Part shown: positions 42,149 through 51,672 of the stretch, piece by piece | Layout: each line of letters begins with the position of its first letter | Position numbering within the stretch: position 1 is the first letter of the stretch | Assembly: GCA_035758565.1 (NCBI GenBank) | Contig: DASTXL010000001.1 | Coordinates: forward strand, 331,242 to 395,241 | DNA length: 64,000 nucleotides | Reading direction: 5' to 3' | Source of the DNA: Candidatus Saccharimonadales bacterium | GTDB lineage: Bacteria; Patescibacteriota; Saccharimonadia; Saccharimonadales; UBA10212 | Translations under genes and position numbers: made by a program | The notes under the pieces: generated by a model | Told to the model about the DNA's origin: nothing | The model's input: the letters and a program-made list of their open reading frames with translations, nothing else | Database searches by the model: none

Positions 42149-43257
42149 TATTTTTCCTTAACATTCACCTTAATTTTACCATCAGATAAACCCACTTCTA
42201 GCTCATCGCTGACTTTAAGCTGCGACTTTTTGGTGACTATCCGGCCCTGTTTGCGCACAATTGCGTAGCCGCGGCGTAAGGCAGCCTCTGGATTAAAGAG
42301 TGCGGCTAGCCGCCGGCTAGTGGTCAAACGCTCGTCCTCTATATCTAGCACATTCAGGATTTTGGCGGCTAGGACTTCCCTGTTTTGCTGCACTTTGCTG
42401 ACCTGTGCGTCATACATATCTAATAGTTCGCCGTAAAGTCCGGTGCGCTTAATTCCTAGATTGGCTAGTTCGTGGCCGCGATCCGGCACTACGATTTGAG
42501 CGGCGTTACTTGGAGTGCTGGCTCGCTGGTCGGCAGCTAGCTCTGCCAAGCTTTCGTCAACCTCATGACCAATCGCCACAACTACCGGGATGCGGCTGGC
42601 CGCCACAGAGCGAACCACTCGTTCGTCGTTAAAGGCTGCCAAATCCTCGGCACTACCGCCACCGCGCGTAATCACTAAAACTTCCGGCGGTTTAGCCCGC
42701 TGATTCATGTGCTCGATAGCTTTTACTATCTGCAACGGCGCTTGGTCGCCCTGAACGTAAACATCAGCAAACAAAATTTCTACCCCTCCCCAGCGCTCAC
42801 CCATAATTTTTATAAAATCGGCATAAGCCGCTGAGTTTCCTGCCGTTATAAGACCAATAGTTTCGGGAGCTCTGAGCAAAGGGCGTTTGCGCTCTAGCGC
42901 AAACAAGCCTTCGGCGGCAAGTTTGGCCGCCAGCAGATCAGCCGTTTTTTTAATAGAGCCCTCGCCAACGGGCGCCATACTGATGACATTAACACTGAAG
43001 CCGAACTTGGCGTGCAAGCGCGGACTACCCAGCACTCTTATTGACAGGCCATCTTCTAGTGGTCCAGGCAGCTGATACACCGTGCCAAAAAACTGCACCA
43101 CGCTTACGTCGTCCTTGAGTGCGAAATAAACCCACCGGTTTTTTGCCACTCTAAAATTACAAAGCTCACCCTCGATCGCCACCGCGGGATAGGCAAACTC
43201 CAAGGTTTGATTAACCAGCGCCACAAAATCAGTGGGCGTTAAAATAACACCTTGCAT
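42148..43257 (-). CDS. xseA: exodeoxyribonuclease VII large subunit
   Basis: N-terminal OB fold (VAIEGELCNFR), ITRGGGS and catalytic-domain blocks. Confidence 0.9.
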   Translation of the reverse strand: MQGVILTPTDFVALVNQTLEFAYPAVAIEGELCNFRVAKNRWVYFALKDDVSVVQFFGTVYQLPGPLEDGLSIRVLGSPRLHAKFGFSVNVISMAPVGEGSIKKTADLLAAKLAAEGLFALERKRPLLRAPETIGLITAGNSAAYADFIKIMGERWGGVEILFADVYVQGDQAPLQIVKAIEHMNQRAKPPEVLVITRGGGSAEDLAAFNDERVVRSVAASRIPVVVAIGHEVDESLAELAADQRASTPSNAAQIVVPDRGHELANLGIKRTGLYGELLDMYDAQVSKVQQNREVLAAKILNVLDIEDERLTTSRRLAALFNPEAALRRGYAIVRKQGRIVTKKSQLKVSDELEVGLSDGKIKVNVKEK

Positions 43258-44306
43258 TATTCAACCTTACTTAAGCCGTGGTTCACCGACCGCTGGTAAA
43301 GTATGTAGCCTGGCGTTAGCTGAATTATCATATTCAAGACCCGATACATGATGGTTACTGGAATCGATACGTCCGCCGGAATGCCGGTAGCAGCCAAAAC
43401 AGCCGTCATTAAACCTTCGTAAATTCCTATGCCCGCCGGCAAAACGCTAATCAACCCAGCAAAGTTAGCCACAGCATAAGCCAGTATTACTGCGCCCACG
43501 TTGACCAACTGGCCAAAAGCTATATAAACGCTGTAGATCGCCGCAACTTCGGTAACGTTGGCAATCAACATGAATAAAAATGGTTTTTTAAGATCGCGCC
43601 ACTGGCTCTTTAAAAGTTGGTAGTTTTCATGCAGTTCAATAAATGTTTCTTGAGCTCTGTCGATTTTAATAGTCTCGGGATGCTTGCGCCTAACAAGATT
43701 TATAATCCTATTTAGTAAACGCGTTATAAATGTTAACGATGAGTTAATGCGCGAGCGGTCTTCGATAATATAAACGACAATCAAACTGCCAATTACCAGC
43801 AAGGTAATTAGTGCGGTAGCTACCATGATCACCAGATTGCTAGCGTGCCCACGAGCCGCCAAAAGTATAATGCCAAGGATCAATAGTGGTTGAAAACTCG
43901 AATAAAGCAAGAATAGCTTCATGACTTGACTCAAGCTGGCTTTGGCGCCGCTGACCTGGAACGATCGCATCCGCACGTTAAAGTAGCTAATGCCGCTCAC
44001 TCCGCCGCTGGGCAAAATATGATTAATAAAATTAAGTTCGAGGTTCAACCGGTACATCGGCCAGTAACGAACCTTCTCGCCTAGAGTCCTGAATATATTC
44101 TGGTAAAAACGAGCGTAGGCATCGTAATTCCAGGCCTCGAACGGGAGTATAAGCAAAAGCGCCAAAGTATTAACTTTGCCTAAGTTTTTAATAACGGCGC
44201 CAATATCTTTGCGTAAGCCATATATAAGAACAGCCAAAGCCAAGAAGGTTGCAACAGTTAGAATTGTTCGCCAGTTAACACGACCGGCCTGATTTTTCTG
44301 GTTCAT
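43257..44306 (-). CDS. YbhN/flippase-like (lysylphosphatidylglycerol synthase TM region) family membrane protein
   Basis: 349 aa, about 8 TM helices, family assignment by overall pattern only. Confidence 0.45.
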   Translation of the reverse strand: MNQKNQAGRVNWRTILTVATFLALAVLIYGLRKDIGAVIKNLGKVNTLALLLILPFEAWNYDAYARFYQNIFRTLGEKVRYWPMYRLNLELNFINHILPSGGVSGISYFNVRMRSFQVSGAKASLSQVMKLFLLYSSFQPLLILGIILLAARGHASNLVIMVATALITLLVIGSLIVVYIIEDRSRINSSLTFITRLLNRIINLVRRKHPETIKIDRAQETFIELHENYQLLKSQWRDLKKPFLFMLIANVTEVAAIYSVYIAFGQLVNVGAVILAYAVANFAGLISVLPAGIGIYEGLMTAVLAATGIPADVSIPVTIMYRVLNMIIQLTPGYILYQRSVNHGLSKVE

Positions 44307-44398
44307 CTTATGGGGCTAATTATCTCATTATTGGACGATCTGGGCAAAAACAGCCCGCTTACCGTTCTTCTTAAGCCATCTTTTGACATACAATAATA

Positions 44399-45778
44399 AT
44401 GATGAAAGATTTTGAAGCTAAAAGTTTGTGTGTTTTGGGGCGCCAACCCAAACTTGGTGCGGCCGAACTGGAAAGTTTATTTGGAGCCGATCACGTTAAA
44501 TATGCTGGCAAGTTCGCCTTGCTAGATTTGCCGGGCGAAGAGATTAATTTTAAGCGCCTGGGTGGCACTGTTAAGACGGCTCGCATTTTAGCGACTCTTC
44601 CCTATACCAATTGGCCCAAGGTCGCCGCCTATTTGCGCGATAGCGTGCCAGAACATTTAAAATCTGCCGAACCTGGCAAATTCACGCTCGGCATCAGCGT
44701 TTACGGGCTTAGCGCTAAACCAAACGACATCAACAAGCTTAACCTGGGACTTAAAAAGCAAATCAGGGCCAGCGGCCGGCCAGTGCGTGTAGTGCCAAAC
44801 AAAACATTGGATTTAAACAGCGCTCAGGTATTGCACAACGGCTTAACTCGACGCGGCGCCTGGGAACTTTTGCTCGTGCGCCACGGCGAGCAGACCTTAA
44901 TCGCCCAAACTTTGTTTATTCAAGATATTGAGACCTACGCCGCCCGCGACCAAAACCGACCTAAGCGAGACGCCCGAGTCGGCATGCTGCCGCCCAAATT
45001 AGCCCAAATTATTGTTAATTTAGCCACCGGACAAATCGAGCAAAGACTAAATTCCACCGAAGACCGTCCAAAAGTAAGAATTCTTGACCCATTCTGCGGT
45101 ACTGGCGTGATCTTGCAAGAAGCCATGCTGATGGGTTACAGCGTGATGGGCACCGATCTAGAGCCAAGAATGGTTGATTTCACCAAACAAAATTTGGCTT
45201 GGCTGGTTGAGCGCGAGCCTAAAATTGAAACCCAGGCCACGGTAGAAGTTGGCGACGCCACCAACTATTCCTGGCCCGGATTTTCGGTTGTGGCTAGCGA
45301 GATTTTCTTGGGGCGGCCACTAGCCAAGCTGCCATCACAAACAGACTTAAAGCAAATAATTTCCGACACCAATACTATAACCAAAAAATTTCTAGCTAAT
45401 ATTGCCGGTCAGTTGAAAAGCGGCCAGCGAATGTGTCTGGCCGTGCCAGCTTGGCGCATAGACAACGATATTCTGCAAAAGTTGCGCTTGAGTGAAGCGC
45501 AAGGCAGCGGCGAGCAGCGGGCTGAGACGTATACAAAATACGGTGAAGGAGCAGCGGAGTCGACAACGCAGCGATTTGCCAAGAGCACCAGCGGAGCGGC
45601 CGGCTCTGCCGGACGGCAGTCTGGTGCGGCGCAGTTTTTGCGTCTGCCGCTTATTGACCATTTAACAGATATGGGTTACAATTATTTGGATTTATCTACT
45701 GCGGCACATGAAGATTTAATTTACTTTCGTGAAGACCAAGTGGTCGCCCGCCAGTTAATAATTTTAGAAAAGAAGTAA
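44399..45778 (+). CDS. putative SAM-dependent methyltransferase (UPF0020/Trm11-like) carrying an in-frame low-complexity insertion
   Basis: ILDPFCGTGVILQEA motif I. Non-canonical motif IV. A 52-codon G/A/S/Q-rich insert (45482..45637) corresponds to repeat copy A. Confidence 0.5.
   Translation: MMKDFEAKSLCVLGRQPKLGAAELESLFGADHVKYAGKFALLDLPGEEINFKRLGGTVKTARILATLPYTNWPKVAAYLRDSVPEHLKSAEPGKFTLGISVYGLSAKPNDINKLNLGLKKQIRASGRPVRVVPNKTLDLNSAQVLHNGLTRRGAWELLLVRHGEQTLIAQTLFIQDIETYAARDQNRPKRDARVGMLPPKLAQIIVNLATGQIEQRLNSTEDRPKVRILDPFCGTGVILQEAMLMGYSVMGTDLEPRMVDFTKQNLAWLVEREPKIETQATVEVGDATNYSWPGFSVVASEIFLGRPLAKLPSQTDLKQIISDTNTITKKFLANIAGQLKSGQRMCLAVPAWRIDNDILQKLRLSEAQGSGEQRAETYTKYGEGAAESTTQRFAKSTSGAAGSAGRQSGAAQFLRLPLIDHLTDMGYNYLDLSTAAHEDLIYFREDQVVARQLIILEKK
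45497..45612. repeat. ~116-nt GC-rich repeat, copy A (inside the methyltransferase CDS)
   Basis: About 65-70% identical by eye to 45818..45932. Shared hairpins show compensatory changes. Confidence 0.6.
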
Positions 45779-45817
45779 TTTAACAAGCCAGTTCTAAAGC
45801 CTTCTTGCTTGGATGCA

Positions 45818-45932
45818 GCGCAAGGAAGTAGCGAGGAGCGAGCGAAACGTACTAAGGTACGGCAAGCGAGCGATAGAGCGTTACTGACGCCGCGATGCGC
45901 CAAGAAGCCAGCAGAGTTTCCAGCTCTGCTGG
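45818..45932. repeat. ~115-nt GC-rich repeat, copy B (intergenic, directly upstream of rpmA)
   Basis: Begins with the same GCGCAAGG as copy A and ends with a CCAGC-TCT-GCTGG hairpin (A has CCGGC-TCT-GCCGG). Confidence 0.6.
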
Positions 45933-45962
45933 AAAGCGGGCTGGCTGGCAAGAGGTTTTAGA

Positions 45963-46235
45963 ATGAGTCATGTCAAAGCTGGTGGTTCCAGCAAAAACGT
46001 CCACGATAGCCCCGGCCAGCGCCTGGGTGTCAAGGTGTTTGGCGGCCAAAAAGTTAAGGCCGGCGATGTTATTGTTCGCCAGGTCGGCATGACCAAGCGC
46101 GCCGGTAAGGGCACGTTTTTATCACGCAACTTTACTATTCATGCCGCAAAAGACGGCGTAGTAGCCTTTAAGACTCGCCGAATTAAAACTTTTAGCGGTG
46201 CCAGCAAACCTCGCACCGAAGTTACTGTCGAATAA
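45963..46235 (+). CDS. rpmA: 50S ribosomal protein L27
   Basis: MSHVKAGGSSKNVHDSPGQRLGVKVFGGQ... canonical L27 N-terminus. Confidence 0.95.
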   Translation: MSHVKAGGSSKNVHDSPGQRLGVKVFGGQKVKAGDVIVRQVGMTKRAGKGTFLSRNFTIHAAKDGVVAFKTRRIKTFSGASKPRTEVTVE

Positions 46236-46280
46236 AAGCTGTTCTTGAACTTTAGAAAATGCTCATTAGTTGAGCATTTT

Positions 46281-47891
46281 CTATTTTTTGAGAGCCGCAC
46301 GAATCAGGCCGGCGAACAACGGGTGCGGGCGGTTCGGGCGGCTGCGGAATTCTGGATGAGCCTGGGTAGCTATAAAGTAAGGGTGGTCGATAGCTTCGAT
46401 AATTTCTACCAAGTGACCATCGGGGCTCAAGCCACTGGCACGGATTCCCCAGCTCTCGTAACTATCGCGATATTCATTATTACATTCGCAGCGGTGGCGG
46501 TGCCTTTCGACTATTTCGCTCAACCCGTAAGTTTTGCGGGCCAGACTCTGCGGTTCAATTTTACAAGCATAATCGCCCAAGCGCATACTGCCGCCGGTGT
46601 TCTTTTTGCCGGCCTGGTCGGCCATATAATCAATGAGTTTGTATTTGCTGTCCGGCTTTAACTCCACAGTAGTCGCTTCTTGGAGGCCGGCGTTGCGGGC
46701 GGCGGCTATAACCGCCATTTGCAACCCCAAGCACAGGCCAAGATATGGAATCTTATTATTAAGAGCGTATTGGGCCGCCATAATCTTGCCTTCTAAGCCC
46801 CGTTCACCAAAGCCGCCAGGTACCAAAATACCATCCAGAGTGTCGAGTAATTCTCTTTCTTTTTTATCGGTTTTGAGAGTCTCGGCTTTGAGCCACAAAA
46901 TTTCTATATTAACTTCGTTGGCCCAGGCTGCTGCCCTCAAAGCTTCAAAAACCGACATATAGGTATCTTGATTGTCTATATACTTAGCAATCACGCCTAT
47001 TCGGACCGATTTCTTGTAATCGGTCAAAGCATGACGTACAACTTGCCGCCACTCGGCGAGTTCTGCCTTGCGTGCTCTAAGCCCCAAACTCTCTACGATA
47101 ACGTCGCCAATTCCGGCGTCTTCTAAAGACAATGGGACCTCGTAGATAGTTTTGGCGTTGGGCATTAGGGCGATAGAGTCTTGGTCTACGCCGCTGAATA
47201 AACTAAGTTTTGATAGTACGGATTTAGGCGGTTTGGCTTCAGACCGGGCCACCAGCACATCCGGCACAATTCCAAGGCCCCGCAGTTCGCGAACAGCATT
47301 CTGAGCCGGTTTGGTCTTGAATTCACCACTGGTGCCTAGGAACGGGATGTAAACGACGTGCACAAACAGGCAATTCTCCGGGCCAACTCTTTGCGACATT
47401 TCCCTGATGGCCTCTATGAAACCTATTGATTCATAGTCTCCAACGGTTCCACCAATTTCCACGATGTGCACGTCAAAACCTTTGCCTGTTTTGGCGATGG
47501 TGTCCTGAATGTGGTTAGTAACATGCGGTATCATCTGCACGGTCTTACCAAGATATTTGCCGGCGCGCTCGCCAGCTATAACCTCGCTAAAAATCCTGCC
47601 GCTCATCAGCGAACTGGATTGTGTCAGCTCTGTGTCTAGGAAACGTTCGTAATGTCCGAGGTCAAGGTCGGTCTCTGCCCCATCGCGGGTCACAAAGCAT
47701 TCGCCATGCTCTGCCGGATTAAGCGTACCGGCATCAAAATTAAGATACGGATCGCACTTCTGGATGTTCACAGATAGCCCGCGGGCTTTTAGGATGGTGC
47801 CAATGGAGGCGGCGGTGATACCCTTGCCGACGCCCGAAAGAACGCCGCCAGTCACAAACACATACTTTGTCTGGCCAGATCTCGCCGCCAC
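46281..47891 (-). CDS. pyrG: CTP synthase
   Basis: KYVFVTGGVLSGVGKG, the GATase Cys block LGLCLGLQ and HPEF. Start re-set to GTG at 47891, preceded by AGGAGG with a 6-nt spacer. The track's ATG at 47945 would add 18 non-conserved residues. Confidence 0.95.
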   Translation of the reverse strand: MAARSGQTKYVFVTGGVLSGVGKGITAASIGTILKARGLSVNIQKCDPYLNFDAGTLNPAEHGECFVTRDGAETDLDLGHYERFLDTELTQSSSLMSGRIFSEVIAGERAGKYLGKTVQMIPHVTNHIQDTIAKTGKGFDVHIVEIGGTVGDYESIGFIEAIREMSQRVGPENCLFVHVVYIPFLGTSGEFKTKPAQNAVRELRGLGIVPDVLVARSEAKPPKSVLSKLSLFSGVDQDSIALMPNAKTIYEVPLSLEDAGIGDVIVESLGLRARKAELAEWRQVVRHALTDYKKSVRIGVIAKYIDNQDTYMSVFEALRAAAWANEVNIEILWLKAETLKTDKKERELLDTLDGILVPGGFGERGLEGKIMAAQYALNNKIPYLGLCLGLQMAVIAAARNAGLQEATTVELKPDSKYKLIDYMADQAGKKNTGGSMRLGDYACKIEPQSLARKTYGLSEIVERHRHRCECNNEYRDSYESWGIRASGLSPDGHLVEIIEAIDHPYFIATQAHPEFRSRPNRPHPLFAGLIRAALKK

Positions 47892-48108
47892 GCATATCCT
47901 CCTGAATTTAAGCCCAGTGTATCTTAAAAACAGCTTAGGGCGCAAATTTCTACAACTTGGATTCCATTATTTGGTAGGCGGCGTCTTTTTGAGGGTCCTG
48001 GCCGTACTTGCGGCTCCGCTTGCGCTTCGCCTTATGAGACACCGCTTCGCAGTTTCTCATCGCGCCGGCAAAATGGTTCACATTTTGTCGGGCTGCTCTT
48101 CCGGAGGG

Positions 48109-49332
48109 TCACAATTTGGATTCGACCACTTGGTAGGCGGCGTCTTTTTGAGGATCCTGGCCGTTTTTGATGTCATTATCGGAAATACTGACTGATTTAT
48201 CTGGAGTAATTCCCTGCTTGTTGATGTTCTTGCCGTTGGGCGTATACCAATGGGCTACAGTCACCTTAAGCTCCGAACCGTCTGACAGGCTAATGACCTG
48301 CTGAACACTGCCCTTGCCAAAGCTCTTTTCGCCAACCAGGGTTGCTGCGCCGTTATCATGCAAGGCTCCGGCTGTAATTTCGCTGGCGCTGGCGCTACCG
48401 CCATCAATCAGCACCACTGTTGGCAGACCTTTAAGCGGATTATTGCCGGTGGCTGTTTCGGTATCCATGACTGTACTGCCGCGGCGCTCGCTCACTACAG
48501 TTTTGCCTTGATCAAGCCAGAGGCTGGAAACATTTACCGCATCTGTTAAATAGCCGCCAGGATTGCCACGCAGATCAAGAATTACGCCCTTTACGCCCTT
48601 GGCCTTAAATTCATTAGCTGCTTTTTGAGCTAAACCGACTGTATCATCGGTGAACTGATTGATCTTCATATAGCCAATGTTGTCTTTATCTTCGTTCCAG
48701 GTAACACTTGGCACAGTAATTTTCTGTCGGGTAATTGTAACGTCAAAAGGATTGCCATTGCCGCGCACAATCGTCAACTTCACCTGGGTGCCTTCTTTGC
48801 CGCGAATCTTGGAAACAGCGGCGTCAACACTCATACCAGAAGTGCTTTGACCATTAATACCCGCGATTAGATCCTTAGGTTTTAAGCCGGCCTTTTCTGC
48901 CGGATAGCCGGAAATTGGTGAAACAACCTGGATATTACCGCTAGCATCCGAGCCTATCTCGGCACCAATACCGGTAATGCTGCCGGATAGTTGATCGTTG
49001 AAAGTTTTAGCGTCAGTCGGGTTAAAGTACTCTGTATAAGGATCGCCGGTGGCGGCCACCAGCCCTTGTTTGGCACCGTCTATGAGCTTGGTCGTGTCTA
49101 AATTGCCGTCAAAGTCTTTCTGCAACAGACTGTAGACTTGATCAACCGAAGAAAAGTTCAGTTGGTTATTAGCGCTGGCCGCTTTAACACTCAAGCCATT
49201 GAGGTGTATGTCGCCGCGGCCGACAGCCACGCCAGCAAAGAAGAATATTACTACTAGAGTCAACGTACTGATCATTCTTTTTAGCGACGATTTTTGTCTA
49301 TTGTGAGGCACATGGCCGGCAGAACTTTCCAA
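48109..49332 (-). CDS. S41 family C-terminal processing peptidase
   Basis: TM anchor, PDZ region, DLRGNPGGY, GGSASASE and GKGSVQ motifs. Confidence 0.9.
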   Translation of the reverse strand: MESSAGHVPHNRQKSSLKRMISTLTLVVIFFFAGVAVGRGDIHLNGLSVKAASANNQLNFSSVDQVYSLLQKDFDGNLDTTKLIDGAKQGLVAATGDPYTEYFNPTDAKTFNDQLSGSITGIGAEIGSDASGNIQVVSPISGYPAEKAGLKPKDLIAGINGQSTSGMSVDAAVSKIRGKEGTQVKLTIVRGNGNPFDVTITRQKITVPSVTWNEDKDNIGYMKINQFTDDTVGLAQKAANEFKAKGVKGVILDLRGNPGGYLTDAVNVSSLWLDQGKTVVSERRGSTVMDTETATGNNPLKGLPTVVLIDGGSASASEITAGALHDNGAATLVGEKSFGKGSVQQVISLSDGSELKVTVAHWYTPNGKNINKQGITPDKSVSISDNDIKNGQDPQKDAAYQVVESKL

Positions 49333-49377
49333 GAACTCCCCCTCTTAATTTTTAGTTGCTAGATCTATTATATCAGC

Positions 49378-50526
49378 CTAGTTGGACGGGAAATGGATGA
49401 AGTATAGTCCGGAAGTTGATTTGCTAGCTACGTAACTGTATTGGCCATTTAAGTTCGCGTTGTATTGGCTAACGGCGATAGTGCCGTCGCCGTTGATGCT
49501 TTCAACATACATGGCGTGGCCGACATCTTGTTCACCATTAAAGAAGACTAGGCTCGGATTGGCCGGGCGGATGGCTACATCGCCAATTTGAGGCGTCGTG
49601 CTTACCCAGCTTGATGGTACGTTGTAGATCCAGTCGCCAGCATTGCCTAAGCCGTAAGGCACGTAGTGGCCAGTAGCAGCCTCTTTCCAGGCTGTGTAGC
49701 TAACACATTCGCGGTTATACATTCCCCAGCTGTCAATGATGGAATCTTGCGGAGCGTTACATAAATATCCCGGATAACCACCGCCACAGGCGCCGCCGTA
49801 CGATATACCGCTGCTGCCGGCTAAGTTGGCAGCTATCTGCTCTTGGCGGAGTTTTTGAATTTGGGAGTTATTAGACGAAATTTGCTGGTCATAGGCAGCT
49901 TTTTGCCCCTCGGTAAACGCCAGCATTTGACTTTGCTGTGATTCGGCCTGGTCTAACTGCTGCCGCTGAACTTGCTGCGCTTTAATAGCGCCGTCCAACG
50001 ACTGCTGTTGTTGTTGAAGCTTAACCTGCAGTGCGGCAATTTGATCGACGGTAGTTTTTACTTTATCTTCGACCGAGTTGCGGTAAGTTTGCTTATTAAC
50101 ATATTGGCTGATGTCTTTGCTGCTAGCCAGCATCTCTAATGTAGAGACATTTCCCTCAAGATACATGGCTTTAATGTTCTCGCCCAGGGTTTTTCTTTCT
50201 TGGGCAAGCTGAGCCTGAGCTTGGGCAATCTGCTGCTTTAGCTCATCGCTTTTATTCTGGTTGGCAACAATTGCCTGCTGCAAGGTATCGATTTGGGTCT
50301 GGAGCTTATTAATGGCATCCTGATAGCTATTAGCCTGCAAGGCCAGCTGGTTGGATTGTTCCTGATTAGCAGCGTTTTGCTGTTGCAACGCCTGAATCTG
50401 CTGATCGTACTGATCGGCCTTAACATAGCCAGCACCTAGCGTGGCGCCAGCCAAAATAACACCGGCCACGATAGCCAGGCTGAATCTATTAAATGTTTCT
50501 AGTTGTTTTATTTTTTGTTTTAGCAT
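49378..50526 (-). CDS. coiled-coil + CHAP domain peptidoglycan hydrolase (PcsB-like architecture)
   Basis: Long Q-rich coiled coil, then CHAP Cys (NRECVSYTAWK) and His (GHAMYVES). Confidence 0.8.
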   Translation of the reverse strand: MLKQKIKQLETFNRFSLAIVAGVILAGATLGAGYVKADQYDQQIQALQQQNAANQEQSNQLALQANSYQDAINKLQTQIDTLQQAIVANQNKSDELKQQIAQAQAQLAQERKTLGENIKAMYLEGNVSTLEMLASSKDISQYVNKQTYRNSVEDKVKTTVDQIAALQVKLQQQQQSLDGAIKAQQVQRQQLDQAESQQSQMLAFTEGQKAAYDQQISSNNSQIQKLRQEQIAANLAGSSGISYGGACGGGYPGYLCNAPQDSIIDSWGMYNRECVSYTAWKEAATGHYVPYGLGNAGDWIYNVPSSWVSTTPQIGDVAIRPANPSLVFFNGEQDVGHAMYVESINGDGTIAVSQYNANLNGQYSYVASKSTSGLYFIHFPSN

Positions 50527-50557
50527 CGAACTTTTTGTTTTTAGTGCTAACGCTTTA

Positions 50558-50586
50558 ATGATATGCCCCCTATATCCTTATGTCAA
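50558..50586 (-). promoter_or_regulatory. sigma70-like promoter TTGACA-17 nt-TATCAT
   Basis: Minus strand: TTGACA (50586..50581), 17-nt spacer, TATCAT (50563..50558), about 30 nt upstream of the CHAP gene start. Confidence 0.5.
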
Positions 50587-50675
50587 CCGCAGACCTCGAA
50601 TAATCCGACAGTCGTCTTGCCCTCTTAATTTAAGTTGTTATCGAATGTTTATTATCTGGTTCAAAAAAGCTGCTC

Positions 50676-51620
50676 TTATCGATTCAGCCTTAGGTACCGC
50701 CGGGTCGCTGTATAGGAAGATGCGGCACCAATCAGTATACCAATCGCAATTTGCCCAAGCAAGATTACTAGGAAATGACTGGTGAAAAAACTGTTAGAAT
50801 AGTCGATTTTTAAGAGGCCCAAACTGCTAGCCTGCAGGGTTGTGCTTGCAATGTGGAACAGTGACCAGCAGAAAATAAACGAGATTAGGGCAGCCACCGC
50901 CCCGTAAAGCATAGTCTCTACAATGAACGGCCCGCGAATAAAGCTGGTGCTGGCGCCCAACAAGCGCATAATTACGAGTTCGTCGCGGCGGTTAAAGATA
51001 GCCATGCGGATTGTGTTGAAAATAATCAGCATCGAGATAAATATAAACACAATGATCCCGACTATGCCTGCTTGCTGGAAGAAGTGCGTAGCTTTAGTAA
51101 TATTGTCGATAGCCGCTTTGCGGTCGCCGCTATAGCTGGTTGGATCCGACTGCATAGCCTGGACCTCCGGCCTATCTAAGAAGTCTTTGATAGATTGCAG
51201 CTGATTGGGGTCTTTGGGTTTGATATCCAGGCTGGCTGGCAGCGGGTTGTCTGTTTCGCTGATAGCTGTTAGCAGGTCTTTATTACCAGCGTTAGCCTCC
51301 TCGTAGTTCTTTAAAGCCTGCTCTTTAGTCACAAAACTCACCGAAGCGACGTTATCAAGACCGCTGATCTGTTTCATAAGCTGCTCCCGCTGGCTGGTAG
51401 TAACGCTGTCTTTCAAATACATAGAGACGTCAATGTGCTGGGTCAGGTCGCTAACCGTGTGATTAAAAGTAGCGTTAGAAACAATCGCGAATAGCAAAAT
51501 CGTCAGCGTAATGGTCATCATGGCAATCGCGGCGATAGCCAGCCAAATATTGCGGCCAAAAGAAATAAAACCGTTTTTAACGATGCGTTCGAAGGTTATG
51601 AATTTTCTATCCCACTTCAT
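50676..51620 (-). CDS. ftsX: cell division permease-like protein FtsX
   Basis: 4 TM helices with a large first extracellular loop, downstream of ftsE. Confidence 0.85.
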   Translation of the reverse strand: MKWDRKFITFERIVKNGFISFGRNIWLAIAAIAMMTITLTILLFAIVSNATFNHTVSDLTQHIDVSMYLKDSVTTSQREQLMKQISGLDNVASVSFVTKEQALKNYEEANAGNKDLLTAISETDNPLPASLDIKPKDPNQLQSIKDFLDRPEVQAMQSDPTSYSGDRKAAIDNITKATHFFQQAGIVGIIVFIFISMLIIFNTIRMAIFNRRDELVIMRLLGASTSFIRGPFIVETMLYGAVAALISFIFCWSLFHIASTTLQASSLGLLKIDYSNSFFTSHFLVILLGQIAIGILIGAASSYTATRRYLRLNR

Positions 51621-51672
51621 CTATCTTTTCCCTTTGAGCTACAGCCTGCTTGTGCAGTGAAGCAGATGTAGC

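Noticed and set aside
45779-45961. A 60-codon open frame continuing in phase after the methyltransferase TAA stop, which might indicate stop-codon read-through or a mis-called stop
   Set aside because: TAA is the strongest stop, and the extension has no similarity to methyltransferase C-termini that I recognise. An open frame of this length in GC-rich DNA has roughly a 5% chance expectation. It is kept only as supporting context for the repeat-copy-B finding.
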